Below, one piece after another: positions 1 through 8,414 of a DNA stretch of 20,000 nucleotides (within the stretch, counting starts at the first letter, position 1; every line of letters starts with the position of its first letter). The stretch is taken from positions 112,464 to 132,463 of the IMG/VR virus record IMGVR_UViG_3300042940_001453; one strand, 5' to 3'. The notes under the pieces were generated by a model. That model was not told the DNA's origin. It saw nothing but the letters and a program-made list of their open reading frames with translations, and ran no database searches. Position numbers and translations under genes: made by a program. This DNA comes from an uncultured virus (IMG/VR IMGVR_UViG_3300042940_001453) (lineage: Duplodnaviria > Heunggongvirae > Uroviricota > Caudoviricetes).

Positions 1-170
1 TCTTTTATCATAGGCACTACGATAGTAGCGTCGTTAACAGTTTTAATTAAACTTCTTAACTCAGATATTAAAATATCAATTTGATCTTTCTTGCTCTCTG
101 AATTTTTCACTATGTCTTTACAAAGACCAGAAAAATTCTTTCCTTTATAAATTTCAAAATTTAAGTCCAT
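1..170 (-). CDS. Phage hypothetical protein, N-terminal part (runs off the window edge)
   Basis: Read manually: ATG at 170, MDLNFEIYKGKNFSGLCKDIVKNSESKKDQIDILISELRSLIKTVNDATIVVPMIK..., open to position 1. Preceded by TATTTATA 5 nt upstream. Confidence 0.75.
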   Translation of the reverse strand, partial: MDLNFEIYKGKNFSGLCKDIVKNSESKKDQIDILISELRSLIKTVNDATIVVPMIK

Positions 171-175
171 ATATC

Positions 176-183
176 TATAAATA
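176..183 (-). promoter_or_regulatory. TATTTATA putative late promoter element
   Basis: 5 nt upstream of ATG 170 and directly downstream of terminator 185-209. The same motif recurs before other genes. Confidence 0.6.
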
Positions 184-184
184 G

Positions 185-209
185 AAAAACCACTCTATTT
201 GAGTGGTTT
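185..209 (-). terminator. Rho-independent terminator
   Basis: Minus strand AAACCACTC-AAATA-GAGTGGTTT with a T-run, just after the stop of ORF 222..1226. Confidence 0.7.
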
Positions 210-221
210 ATTTGTTTTGTA

Positions 222-1226
222 TTATATTTTTCCGTTATCAATGTAATTTTTTATAACTATATTTTGATATGATTTCATTTTATTGATAATTTTAGTAATT
301 TGTTGTGTTTTACAATTACTTAGTTCTCTGATGTAAAGATATAGTGTTTTTTTATTGAAATTTTCAATTCTTTCGCTGTTTCTAAATAATTCTATAACCG
401 CATATGCTATATTGAGATCTTTTTGTTTGGTGAATATTTTTGTTATATTTCTTTCCCAATAGTTAATTAACAATTTCATAAACTCTTGTGTCTGAATAGT
501 CTTATGATGTGCATCTTCTGTTTGCAAACAAACACTATCTTCACCTGGAGTTTCACTAATATCTACGTGTTGATTAAATCTTTTATAATTGTTATTGTTA
601 TGGAATATCAAGTAATTTTTAGCTACAATACTAAAATAACTAAATGCCTTACCTTTACCAGCTTCAAATTTGTGAATATTTGAAACCAAGTGTGCTACGG
701 TTTCTTTTTGAATCTCTAATGGACTGTTGTCAAAATAAGTAAATTTAAATGTATTAAAAATATTTTCTACCAATTTATCAAAGCTGTATTTTATACGAGT
801 TTCGTAAATTTCATTTCTTTTTACGTTGTCGGTTTCGGAATTGTATTCGATGATAGCTTCTTCGGTTTTTTTAGAAAAGTAAATTTTTTCTTTTTTATTA
901 CGACCTCTACGTTTTTTTCTTACTTCTGTAAGTTCTTCAACTTCTTTATTAATCGCGTCCAATTCATTAATTACTATTACATCTTTGCTTGTTATGGTGC
1001 GGGGTACATTGATCTCAGATAAATTTTTAGATTCATATGTAATGTCTAATTTTAATTTATTTACCTTTTTGGGTTTTTTAACTATCTTTTTTACAGATGT
1101 TATTTTTGTTGGCTTCTTTATTTTTTTATTAACACTTTTTACCATAGCAGATACTTTACGTTTTTTAGGATTTACTACTTTAGTCACTTTCTTGGTAATG
1201 ACTTTACTTTTTTTTATTTTTTTCAT
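222..1226 (-). CDS. Phage RNA polymerase sigma factor-like protein (T4 gp55/sigma70 region 2-like) with Lys-rich N-terminal extension
   Basis: 334 aa. Segment 'IHKFEAGKGKAFSYFSIVAKNYLI' resembles sigma region 2.3-2.4 (KFD..KG..F..Y; gp55 FAYFT). First ~60 aa are very basic. Confidence 0.6.
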   Translation of the reverse strand: MKKIKKSKVITKKVTKVVNPKKRKVSAMVKSVNKKIKKPTKITSVKKIVKKPKKVNKLKLDITYESKNLSEINVPRTITSKDVIVINELDAINKEVEELTEVRKKRRGRNKKEKIYFSKKTEEAIIEYNSETDNVKRNEIYETRIKYSFDKLVENIFNTFKFTYFDNSPLEIQKETVAHLVSNIHKFEAGKGKAFSYFSIVAKNYLIFHNNNNYKRFNQHVDISETPGEDSVCLQTEDAHHKTIQTQEFMKLLINYWERNITKIFTKQKDLNIAYAVIELFRNSERIENFNKKTLYLYIRELSNCKTQQITKIINKMKSYQNIVIKNYIDNGKI

Positions 1227-1239
1227 TCAAGTAATAATG

Positions 1240-1521
1240 TCAAACGTTGTCGGTTTCTTCTTCTTTTACTTTTTTATTCAAAGATTCAATGATTTGTTTC
1301 AAATCCGTGAAAAGAAAACCAACATCGTCATCTTTTTCAAATATACCACGGTTATCAACATCTTTCAATTTATTAAAAGTACTTTCTACAGAATTTTTAA
1401 AGTTTATAATCCAGTCTTCAAGTATATCTATTTGATTAAATGATTTTTTTAATGTGATTAATAAAAACACATTAGCTGATACGGATACCAATAACAGTAT
1501 TAATAATAAAATTTCAATCAT
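1240..1521 (-). CDS. Small membrane-anchored hypothetical protein
   Basis: 93 aa with an N-terminal hydrophobic helix (ILLLILLLVSVSANVFLLITL) followed by a helical acidic domain. Confidence 0.75.
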   Translation of the reverse strand: MIEILLLILLLVSVSANVFLLITLKKSFNQIDILEDWIINFKNSVESTFNKLKDVDNRGIFEKDDDVGFLFTDLKQIIESLNKKVKEEETDNV

Positions 1522-1657
1522 TGTCTATAGGAGATTCATCATCTACTTCAACGAATTCAGATATGTAATCTAAAGCGTCATTTAAGGTTTTCCAACACGA
1601 TTCATCGTATGATCTTTTGATCAATTTGTACAATTCTTTAAGCTCAGTTTCATCCAT
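1514..1657 (-). CDS. Small acidic hypothetical protein (47 aa, absent from the ORF track)
   Basis: MDETELKELYKLIKRSYDESCWKTLNDALDYISEFVEVDDESPIDND*. Overlaps the next gene by 8 nt (ATGATTGA). TAGTTATA motif 3 nt upstream. Confidence 0.7.
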   Translation of the reverse strand: MDETELKELYKLIKRSYDESCWKTLNDALDYISEFVEVDDESPIDND

Positions 1658-1721
1658 ACTTATAACTACATATATATGGATGATCTACAAAACGAATAAA
1701 AAATTATTTTAATTGTAATTG

Positions 1722-2777
1722 TTAAAAACTAAACATACCTCTCGTACCAGTTTTGCCTTTTCGTTCAACAACCTTCTCTACTATCTTTTCAACCTCTATT
1801 GGCTTCTCTATTATTTTTTCCACTATCTTTTCCACTTCCACTGGTTTTTCCACAATTTTTTCCACTATCTTTTCAACCTCTACTGGCTTCTCTACTATCT
1901 TTTCAACAACAGATGGAGTAGCGGATATGTTTTTATCATTAGAGTCAGCCGTATTTTTTTCTTGTTTCTTATATAGTTCGTAATTTTTGTCTTCCTCTAC
2001 GTAGGTTTTATTGCTACTTATATTGTATGCCAATAACAATATAACTGCAAGTGGATCAAATACTGTAATAAGCACTACTATGAACCATTTAACTACTGTT
2101 TGAATTGTAGTGTTGAATTGATCCGCAACAAATTTAAATGTGGTAATATCCTTCTTTTGACTATTATCCACTTTTAATTTGTAAATGTTATCATCTATAG
2201 AACTTACTTTGGTACTATAAGTTTTAATCTTTTCATTTTCCCCCTCCAATTGTTTGTTTAAATCCCCAATCTGATCATTAATCTGATTTTGAATATTTTG
2301 TAATTGTATTGGATTTCTCGCAATTAATACATTTGTAAGTACTTCGTTCAATCTGACCTCTTGACTACTTCTCAAACTATAAAGTTTTTCAATTGTCTTT
2401 TTAGTAGACTCCATCTTACTAAGTTCTTCTTTTTTCTGAGACTCAAGTGTGACAATCTTATTCATAGATAACTCGGTCTCCAATGAAGATTTTTGAAACG
2501 CAGCTGTTAAAAATCCAAATACACCTAGAGATGTAATTGCCATTAAAGCAAATACAGCAATTATCATATAGGTTCTCATTAATATATTGGCTTTATTCCA
2601 ATATCTGAATAACCACGATGTTGTCACAAGTTTACCTAGTTCCAATGAACCAGCCATAATCATTGCAGCAATAGTTGCTCCTGAAAATAACAATCCAATA
2701 CCATATACACTAAAATAGGCAGCACACCCGGCGATTAAAAGTGACGTTGCCATTACCAAATGATGAAATTTTATCAT
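1722..2777 (-). CDS. Multi-pass membrane protein with coiled coil and C-terminal VEKIVE repeats
   Basis: 351 aa: three N-terminal TM helices, a long coiled coil, a fourth TM (WFIVVLITVFDPLAVILLLAY), then ~3 copies of KPVEVEKIVEKIVE. Confidence 0.8.
   Translation of the reverse strand: MIKFHHLVMATSLLIAGCAAYFSVYGIGLLFSGATIAAMIMAGSLELGKLVTTSWLFRYWNKANILMRTYMIIAVFALMAITSLGVFGFLTAAFQKSSLETELSMNKIVTLESQKKEELSKMESTKKTIEKLYSLRSSQEVRLNEVLTNVLIARNPIQLQNIQNQINDQIGDLNKQLEGENEKIKTYSTKVSSIDDNIYKLKVDNSQKKDITTFKFVADQFNTTIQTVVKWFIVVLITVFDPLAVILLLAYNISSNKTYVEEDKNYELYKKQEKNTADSNDKNISATPSVVEKIVEKPVEVEKIVEKIVEKPVEVEKIVEKIIEKPIEVEKIVEKVVERKGKTGTRGMFSF
1764..1910 (-). repeat. Coding tandem repeat, ~14-aa unit KPVEVEKIVEKIVE
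   Basis: Seen in the translation. The DNA copies are diverged at synonymous sites. Confidence 0.8.
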
Positions 2778-2780
2778 ATC

Positions 2781-2788
2781 TATAAATA
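2781..2788 (-). promoter_or_regulatory. TATTTATA putative late promoter element
   Basis: 3 nt upstream of ATG 2777 and downstream of the hsp20 terminator. Confidence 0.6.
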
Positions 2789-2797
2789 TATAAAAAT

Positions 2798-2827
2798 AAA
2801 AAACCCCGTTAATTTAATAACGGGGTT
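2798..2827 (-). terminator. Rho-independent terminator after hsp20
   Basis: 10-bp inverted repeat AACCCCGTTA (2802-2811) / TAACGGGGTT (2818-2827) followed by a T-run on the minus strand. Confidence 0.85.
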
Positions 2828-2847
2828 AATATAACCTTGATTGAATA

Positions 2848-3330
2848 TTAATCAATCTTTACTTTTTTCGTGACAGGAATCGTTGGTTTCACCTTTAATA
2901 ATGTAACCTTTAACAATCCATTTTCAAACTTTGCGGTGGGATTCGCTCGATCAATTTGATCTCCTAAAGTAAAACTACGTTTGAAACTACTGTGCTTTAG
3001 TTCTCTACGAATGTATTTTCCTGTAGACTCCTTATCATCCACGTTTTTGATCTTTTGACCACTGATAGTAAGTACGTTTTCTTGTACATCTACAGATACT
3101 TCGTCTTTAGACAAACCTGGAATTTCAGCTAAAATTTCCACACGGTCATTATAATCAATAACATCTACGCGGGGATAACTTTGTTTTTCAAAAAAACCAA
3201 CACCTAATTCTTTGTTTAATTCTGGGAAGTGAGCCGCAAATACTTCATCAAATACGCGGTCAAATGGTGTTAAAAATTCATCACGATCAATGTGTCGCAA
3301 TGCAAACGGACTATATTTTACTACTGACAT
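2848..3330 (-). CDS. hsp20: Small heat-shock protein, Hsp20/alpha-crystallin family
   Basis: PRVDVID...AEIPGLSKDEVSVDVQENVLTISG...RRE...SFKRSFTL...AKFENGLLKVTL. SD-like AAAGGT upstream. Confidence 0.95.
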   Translation of the reverse strand: MSVVKYSPFALRHIDRDEFLTPFDRVFDEVFAAHFPELNKELGVGFFEKQSYPRVDVIDYNDRVEILAEIPGLSKDEVSVDVQENVLTISGQKIKNVDDKESTGKYIRRELKHSSFKRSFTLGDQIDRANPTAKFENGLLKVTLLKVKPTIPVTKKVKID

Positions 3331-3426
3331 ATATTTACCTTTCTTTTTAATAATTCTATCGAACTTATTAACCTAATAGCCTCATTCGAGCACTATAGTG
3401 AATAACACATCCGTGTCATTCAACAA

Positions 3427-3456
3427 TATATATAACCAAATTTTGAAAAATGTCAA
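3427..3456 (-). promoter_or_regulatory. Possible sigma70-type promoter for hsp20
   Basis: Perfect TTGACA (3456-3451) with TATATA at a 16- or 18-nt spacing. Confidence 0.5.
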
Positions 3457-3462
3457 TATTTT

Positions 3463-6345
3463 TTATCCTACAGACGAAACTCCACCTGTTTGACACAAAT
3501 TAATATAGTTTTCGATAGACACAATATTATTGTTTCTTCTCAAGAACAATATGTAAAAGCTTGCACTACCCAATATTGAATTTGTTGTTACAACTGTATA
3601 AGTACCTGAAAATTGTCCCGATGCACCAGTGGTACACGCATAGTCTTGACCTCCGGCTGGATCTAATGTCCACGAAATATTAATAGTATATCCGTCTTGA
3701 GTTATAGTAGAAGGTAATGTACAGCCTGAATTTGGCAAAGCATTAACAACCGCTTTAGCAAAAGTTTTATCTGCAGATGTACCTGTTTTGTAGGCAATTG
3801 TTACTACTGTTCTGGTTTTTATCTGTGTCCAACTCTCCAACATACTTGGATTATAACTAATACACCCAAGATTACTTGTTACAGGTGTAACCACTGGAGG
3901 TATCACTGGAGTAACAACTTCTTTTTTACATTTATTTTTATCGGATAAAAATCTAATTGTTATATTTTTAGATGTCTCGCTGTATCCTGATGGTAGAGTG
4001 GCCACAGCTTCATTTTTTATATCAATGCTTGTTGGTTGATTTGAATTTGAATAATTTGCAATCCCGACTCCTATACTTATTTTTTTATATTTATATGGTT
4101 CAATAGAAATGGGAGATTGTGGATCAATTGTAACAGGCGATAACAACGAATTTAATACGCTGCCATCGTTATTGGTCCAATTTTGATTCAAAGTAATTGT
4201 CATTGAATCGGGGTTGTTATTTAGAATAACAAAACTTCCTGTATGTTTTATTTGTGTTAAAAGTGTAGGATCGCATATTTGCGGAGATGTAGATGTACCA
4301 CAATTACAATTTATAGAATTTGCCCCACCCGATATACCAATATCTTGTGGCCAATTTGGAGTTTTTAGCGTGGTGACAACGCAACTGTTTTTATCAGATG
4401 AAAAATAAAACGTATTTTGAGAAATTGGATTTATATAATAATTTGAATCTGTAGTTGCGGTAAATGGACAATTTAAATACACACTAACTGGTTGACTTGG
4501 ATTATTATAATTGTTTTTTCCAAATGACACTGATATTTTTTTACTTTCGTTTGGTTGTAGTATGATAGGTGAATCAGGATTCATCTCGACCGGAGTAAGT
4601 AAAGAATCGATAACGGTACCATTTTGATTTTTCCAATTATTTTTATCAAACGTAATTGTAATTGGTGTAACAGACGAATTGTTCGTTATTATAAAACTAC
4701 CACTATGTCTCACTTGAATTGTAGAAGATGGATTTGATACAATCTGAGCGGAATTTGGATTTGAATTGCATGATAATTCATCTACTCCCATATCTTGCCA
4801 AAAACTTGGAGTGATCCATACTTGTTTCAGAGGCAAACTTATATTACATGAATTTTTATCAAAACTAGCTATAATCTCACAATTTTGAGATTGCGGAGAA
4901 TATCCTAATGGTAAAGTCAAATTTACAGAACCTTTAGCCGTAAAAGTTTTTGGTTGAAGTGTGTTTTGATAATTAGATAAACCAAAACCAATGCTAATTT
5001 TACGTGTACTATTAGCAGAAATAGAAAACATTCCTGATGGACTAACATCAACAGTGTTAATTAATGCATTTAATGGTGTTCCATCTAAATTAGTCCAAGT
5101 GGGACTAATAGTTGCCAACATTTCCGCATTGTTGTTATTCGTGATTATGAAGCTACCACTGTGTTTTATTTGAGTAGTAGAAGTTGGATTACATACTGGT
5201 TGAGTATAACCATCACCACAATCTAAATAACCACATCTCGGACCTGTAAATGATATATTTGTTGGAAAATTTCCAACAGTTGCTGGTGGAGACGTACAAG
5301 AGGATGCATTTGAATCTTGTGTACCCAAAATATAAAGTGTTATTTGACCAAATGTAGATGTGTTTTCAAATGCATATTCATAATTAACATTTGTTCCACC
5401 CAAACTAGTTGCTGTAACCAAACCTGTATAAAAATATCCAAGTGATCCGTCAGGTGTATTTGATTTTTGCAAAATCAATCCGTCAAATGTCAAAGTTCTA
5501 TTGTATCCTAAGTTATCTCTGTAAGATATAATAGGCAAAAGTTGTCCACTCGATTTGTATGTTGTTATATTGGGATTTTGTAACAAACTATTTAAGTTAT
5601 TTAATATGTTTGATAAATCAGTTATTTTGGTGTTTGTATATCCATTTGCAGTTTTATCACCGTTGATTTTTTGAAACAGTAGTGAACTTGCAGTAGGTAA
5701 ATCTGCAGCGGTTATTGTGTATGTATAAGTTGTATTATCCGTTACGGCACTGGCACAAGTGCCTATAAACATACTGGACGTAAATGCATTCGATAAACAA
5801 TCTTTTGATACCAATTTATAAGCTTTCGTATCTACCAAATTATAAAACAATTCGATGTTATCTCCTGATTTAGCATAAGAAAAAACTTTATTCCATCCAG
5901 AATCAACAATTGGAGTAGTAACATCAGATTTAGAATACAATGTATATTGATAAACTTTATCTTGTATGTTGTTGGTTAAAAAGTTGTTGTTTTGTATAAC
6001 GCTTGGTGAATAAATTTTAACAGTTGCTACTCCTGTAGACGCAGCTACTTTAAAAGAACTGCTTATATAAGATGCGCCATAAAACTCACTAAATTTTATT
6101 GGTCTTCTATTGTCTTTGTTTATAAACCCAACTCCCAAAGCTTTTGTGATATTAATCGTACTTGAATCAGTATTGGAATTACCGATTCTATTTTCCATCT
6201 GGTAATAACTCTGTGATATAGAAAAATTACTTGATCCTGGATTATAAAAGTTACTTAATAAACTATTGATAGATAAATTTTCACTATTGTTGGTTTCACT
6301 TTTAAAACTAATCGGTCCAAATCTATTTAATATATTGACAGGCAT
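3463..6345 (-). CDS. Putative tail-fibre tip adhesin / receptor-binding protein with three ~150-aa beta-rich repeats
   Basis: 960 aa. N-terminus 'GPISF...SINS...IKFSEFYGA' resembles the start of phage fibre-tip adhesins. Lies directly downstream of the S74 fibre. Three repeats run from Q(I/V)xH(S/T)GSF(I/V)IxNN to DKN(S/K)C. Confidence 0.6.
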   Translation of the reverse strand: MPVNILNRFGPISFKSETNNSENLSINSLLSNFYNPGSSNFSISQSYYQMENRIGNSNTDSSTINITKALGVGFINKDNRRPIKFSEFYGASYISSSFKVAASTGVATVKIYSPSVIQNNNFLTNNIQDKVYQYTLYSKSDVTTPIVDSGWNKVFSYAKSGDNIELFYNLVDTKAYKLVSKDCLSNAFTSSMFIGTCASAVTDNTTYTYTITAADLPTASSLLFQKINGDKTANGYTNTKITDLSNILNNLNSLLQNPNITTYKSSGQLLPIISYRDNLGYNRTLTFDGLILQKSNTPDGSLGYFYTGLVTATSLGGTNVNYEYAFENTSTFGQITLYILGTQDSNASSCTSPPATVGNFPTNISFTGPRCGYLDCGDGYTQPVCNPTSTTQIKHSGSFIITNNNNAEMLATISPTWTNLDGTPLNALINTVDVSPSGMFSISANSTRKISIGFGLSNYQNTLQPKTFTAKGSVNLTLPLGYSPQSQNCEIIASFDKNSCNISLPLKQVWITPSFWQDMGVDELSCNSNPNSAQIVSNPSSTIQVRHSGSFIITNNSSVTPITITFDKNNWKNQNGTVIDSLLTPVEMNPDSPIILQPNESKKISVSFGKNNYNNPSQPVSVYLNCPFTATTDSNYYINPISQNTFYFSSDKNSCVVTTLKTPNWPQDIGISGGANSINCNCGTSTSPQICDPTLLTQIKHTGSFVILNNNPDSMTITLNQNWTNNDGSVLNSLLSPVTIDPQSPISIEPYKYKKISIGVGIANYSNSNQPTSIDIKNEAVATLPSGYSETSKNITIRFLSDKNKCKKEVVTPVIPPVVTPVTSNLGCISYNPSMLESWTQIKTRTVVTIAYKTGTSADKTFAKAVVNALPNSGCTLPSTITQDGYTINISWTLDPAGGQDYACTTGASGQFSGTYTVVTTNSILGSASFYILFLRRNNNIVSIENYINLCQTGGVSSVG

Positions 6346-6359
6346 ATATCCTATATATA

Positions 6360-7850
6360 TTAAGATTTAATCTTATTTTTTAGTTCTTGAACTTCTTTGT
6401 TAAGTTCTTGAATAGATTTTAATAATAGTGCTATCAATGGATTATATTTTACAACTTTGTATCCCTCAAGATTTTCCATTACCAAGTCAGGATACAATTG
6501 TTCAATTTGTTGAGCAATAACTCCGAAATCTTGTTTGCCATTAGACTTCCAATTGAATTCAATTGCATTGATTTGTTCCACTTTTTTCAGTGCATTTTCA
6601 ATTGGTCTAATATTATCTTTAAGTCTGATATCAGATGTAGCAAATGTAGAAAGTGCAACTATATCACCTCTAACATCCAACTGTCCGCTTCCACTAACAC
6701 GTAATAATTTGGTTTGTGAACTACCAGATGTAATTAAAAATACATTTGAATTTGGATTGTATCCAGATGGCCATCCAGTAGACCCACTTAAATGCAAATG
6801 TAATTGAGCATTTACGTTGTCGGAACTCACTATATTTCCAACACTTAATAATCTTTGTCTGATTCCCAAAACTCCCCAACCAGATTTTCCTGATTGCCAA
6901 GTTACATCTTTGCCTGGTAAAGCTGATGTATTTACGTGAGATCCAGAATAATAAAATGCAAAATTAGCAGATGTTCTTAAATAATTGTTTGAGGTTTGTA
7001 ATCCTATACCATATATGGATTGACCCGATGAAGAATTTTGAATCAAATGTTCACCTACAGCGGAAAATTGTAATGGGTTGTTTACAGTAACTCTACCTGA
7101 ACCCATACTTCCCAAATTATTAATACTACTATTTCTCACCAGATAATTAGTAGATCCTATAGCAGTGCCTGCTGTCCAGTATGTAAATTGATTTGCAGTA
7201 CCAGTGCCTGTTATGTTTCCTCCTGAATTCAAAGCATAAGAAGCGGTTTTAGCGCAACTAGCCGTACCATAAAATGCAACTTTTCTATTTGCGTTGTAAT
7301 GATTTGATGCACTAATGTAACCCTTGATGCTAGCAGAAACACTTCCTGAGAAACGTCCTCTTGAAACACCACTAAAACTACCAGTTAATTTAGAGTTTTT
7401 ACTAATCAATGAACCATATAAACTTCCACTGAAACTTCCACTAGCACTTGCTTTCTTAGTCAATATATAACCATAAAAACTACCACTCAATGATCCTGAA
7501 GTATTGGATTTTCCCGTTGTTAGTCCGTTAAAACTGCCTGTAAAACTACCTGTATTGGTACCGTTGAAGTTTCCACTAAAACTACCGGAGTGATCACCTT
7601 GAAAACTACCAGTAAAACTTCCTGTAAAAGTACCACTTAATGTTTTTGCAGATCCAGAAAAACTTCCGGTATAAGATCCTGTTACAGATGATAAAAATGT
7701 TACAACGTCCCCAAATGTGCTTTTTCTGGAGTATAAATCGTTGGAAGAACCAGATTCAATTGTTAAAATTAAATCTTTAGACGTTAACGTGCTGTATCGT
7801 ACCAGATCGCTAACTTTTACTTGTTGTATTAAATTACAGGTAGTTGACAT
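6360..7850 (-). CDS. Tail fibre protein with C-terminal peptidase S74 intramolecular chaperone
   Basis: 496 aa. GSF(S/T) repeats. C-terminus SDIRLKDNIRPI...NWK...GVIAQQIE..YP.LV...KYN.LIALL..SIQEL plus a coiled coil. Confidence 0.9.
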   Translation of the reverse strand: MSTTCNLIQQVKVSDLVRYSTLTSKDLILTIESGSSNDLYSRKSTFGDVVTFLSSVTGSYTGSFSGSAKTLSGTFTGSFTGSFQGDHSGSFSGNFNGTNTGSFTGSFNGLTTGKSNTSGSLSGSFYGYILTKKASASGSFSGSLYGSLISKNSKLTGSFSGVSRGRFSGSVSASIKGYISASNHYNANRKVAFYGTASCAKTASYALNSGGNITGTGTANQFTYWTAGTAIGSTNYLVRNSSINNLGSMGSGRVTVNNPLQFSAVGEHLIQNSSSGQSIYGIGLQTSNNYLRTSANFAFYYSGSHVNTSALPGKDVTWQSGKSGWGVLGIRQRLLSVGNIVSSDNVNAQLHLHLSGSTGWPSGYNPNSNVFLITSGSSQTKLLRVSGSGQLDVRGDIVALSTFATSDIRLKDNIRPIENALKKVEQINAIEFNWKSNGKQDFGVIAQQIEQLYPDLVMENLEGYKVVKYNPLIALLLKSIQELNKEVQELKNKIKS

Positions 7851-7852
7851 AA

Positions 7853-8395
7853 TTACTTCCAGGCGTAAATTTTAAGATACCATTTGGTTGTATCGATATT
7901 ATATTGACTTATTACACTGGTGCTACTGTTATAGTCGTAAACAGTAATGCTGGTATAAGTTGGGACAATTAGTAACACAGTACTAGAACTCGAAACGATA
8001 CTGCAAATTGGTTTTGTTTGGTTATTGAAAAAAGATGTTACGTCAACTTCTTGGTTAATAACAAATCTTCCATCATTACTATTACATTTTAAAACTACTC
8101 GGACCAAAGAAGGTACAGCAGAAAATCCGTGGGAAAATGAAAGAACATTTCCAGATGAATAATATGATATACTATTACTATCAGTTGTGGTATTAAATAA
8201 AGAAGTGGTATATCCAGATATACCATCTGAGTTAGCATAATCTTTTAAATCAGATAAAGTGGATTTTCTAGAATATTTTGAACCACCTGTATTTTCAATA
8301 ACCATCAGTTGATCTGCATCTTTGATACTAGAATAAGTTGCTAGATCGCTGACCTTTATTAGTTGTACATTTAAACTGTTACACGGAGTTGACAT
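7853..8395 (-). CDS. Short tail-fibre-associated protein
   Basis: 180 aa. The N-terminal module (KVSDL...SRKST) is shared with the neighbouring fibre genes. Beta-rich C-domain contains HGFSAVPSLVRV. Confidence 0.7.
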   Translation of the reverse strand: MSTPCNSLNVQLIKVSDLATYSSIKDADQLMVIENTGGSKYSRKSTLSDLKDYANSDGISGYTTSLFNTTTDSNSISYYSSGNVLSFSHGFSAVPSLVRVVLKCNSNDGRFVINQEVDVTSFFNNQTKPICSIVSSSSTVLLIVPTYTSITVYDYNSSTSVISQYNIDTTKWYLKIYAWK

Positions 8396-8399
8396 ATTT

Positions 8400-8407
8400 T
8401 ATAAATA
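8400..8407 (-). promoter_or_regulatory. TATTTATA putative late promoter element
   Basis: 4 nt upstream of ATG 8395. Confidence 0.55.
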
Positions 8408-8414
8408 TAAAGTA

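Noticed and set aside
486..1983. Plus-strand ORFs 486..683, 985..1443, 1247..1435, 1719..1976 and 1753..1983
   Set aside because: Antisense shadows of convincing minus-strand genes. Their Phe-rich composition mirrors Lys/Glu codons.
3375..3397. CIRCE (HrcA) operator upstream of hsp20
   Set aside because: The arms and 4-nt spacing do not fit TTAGCACTC-N9-GAGTGCTAA.
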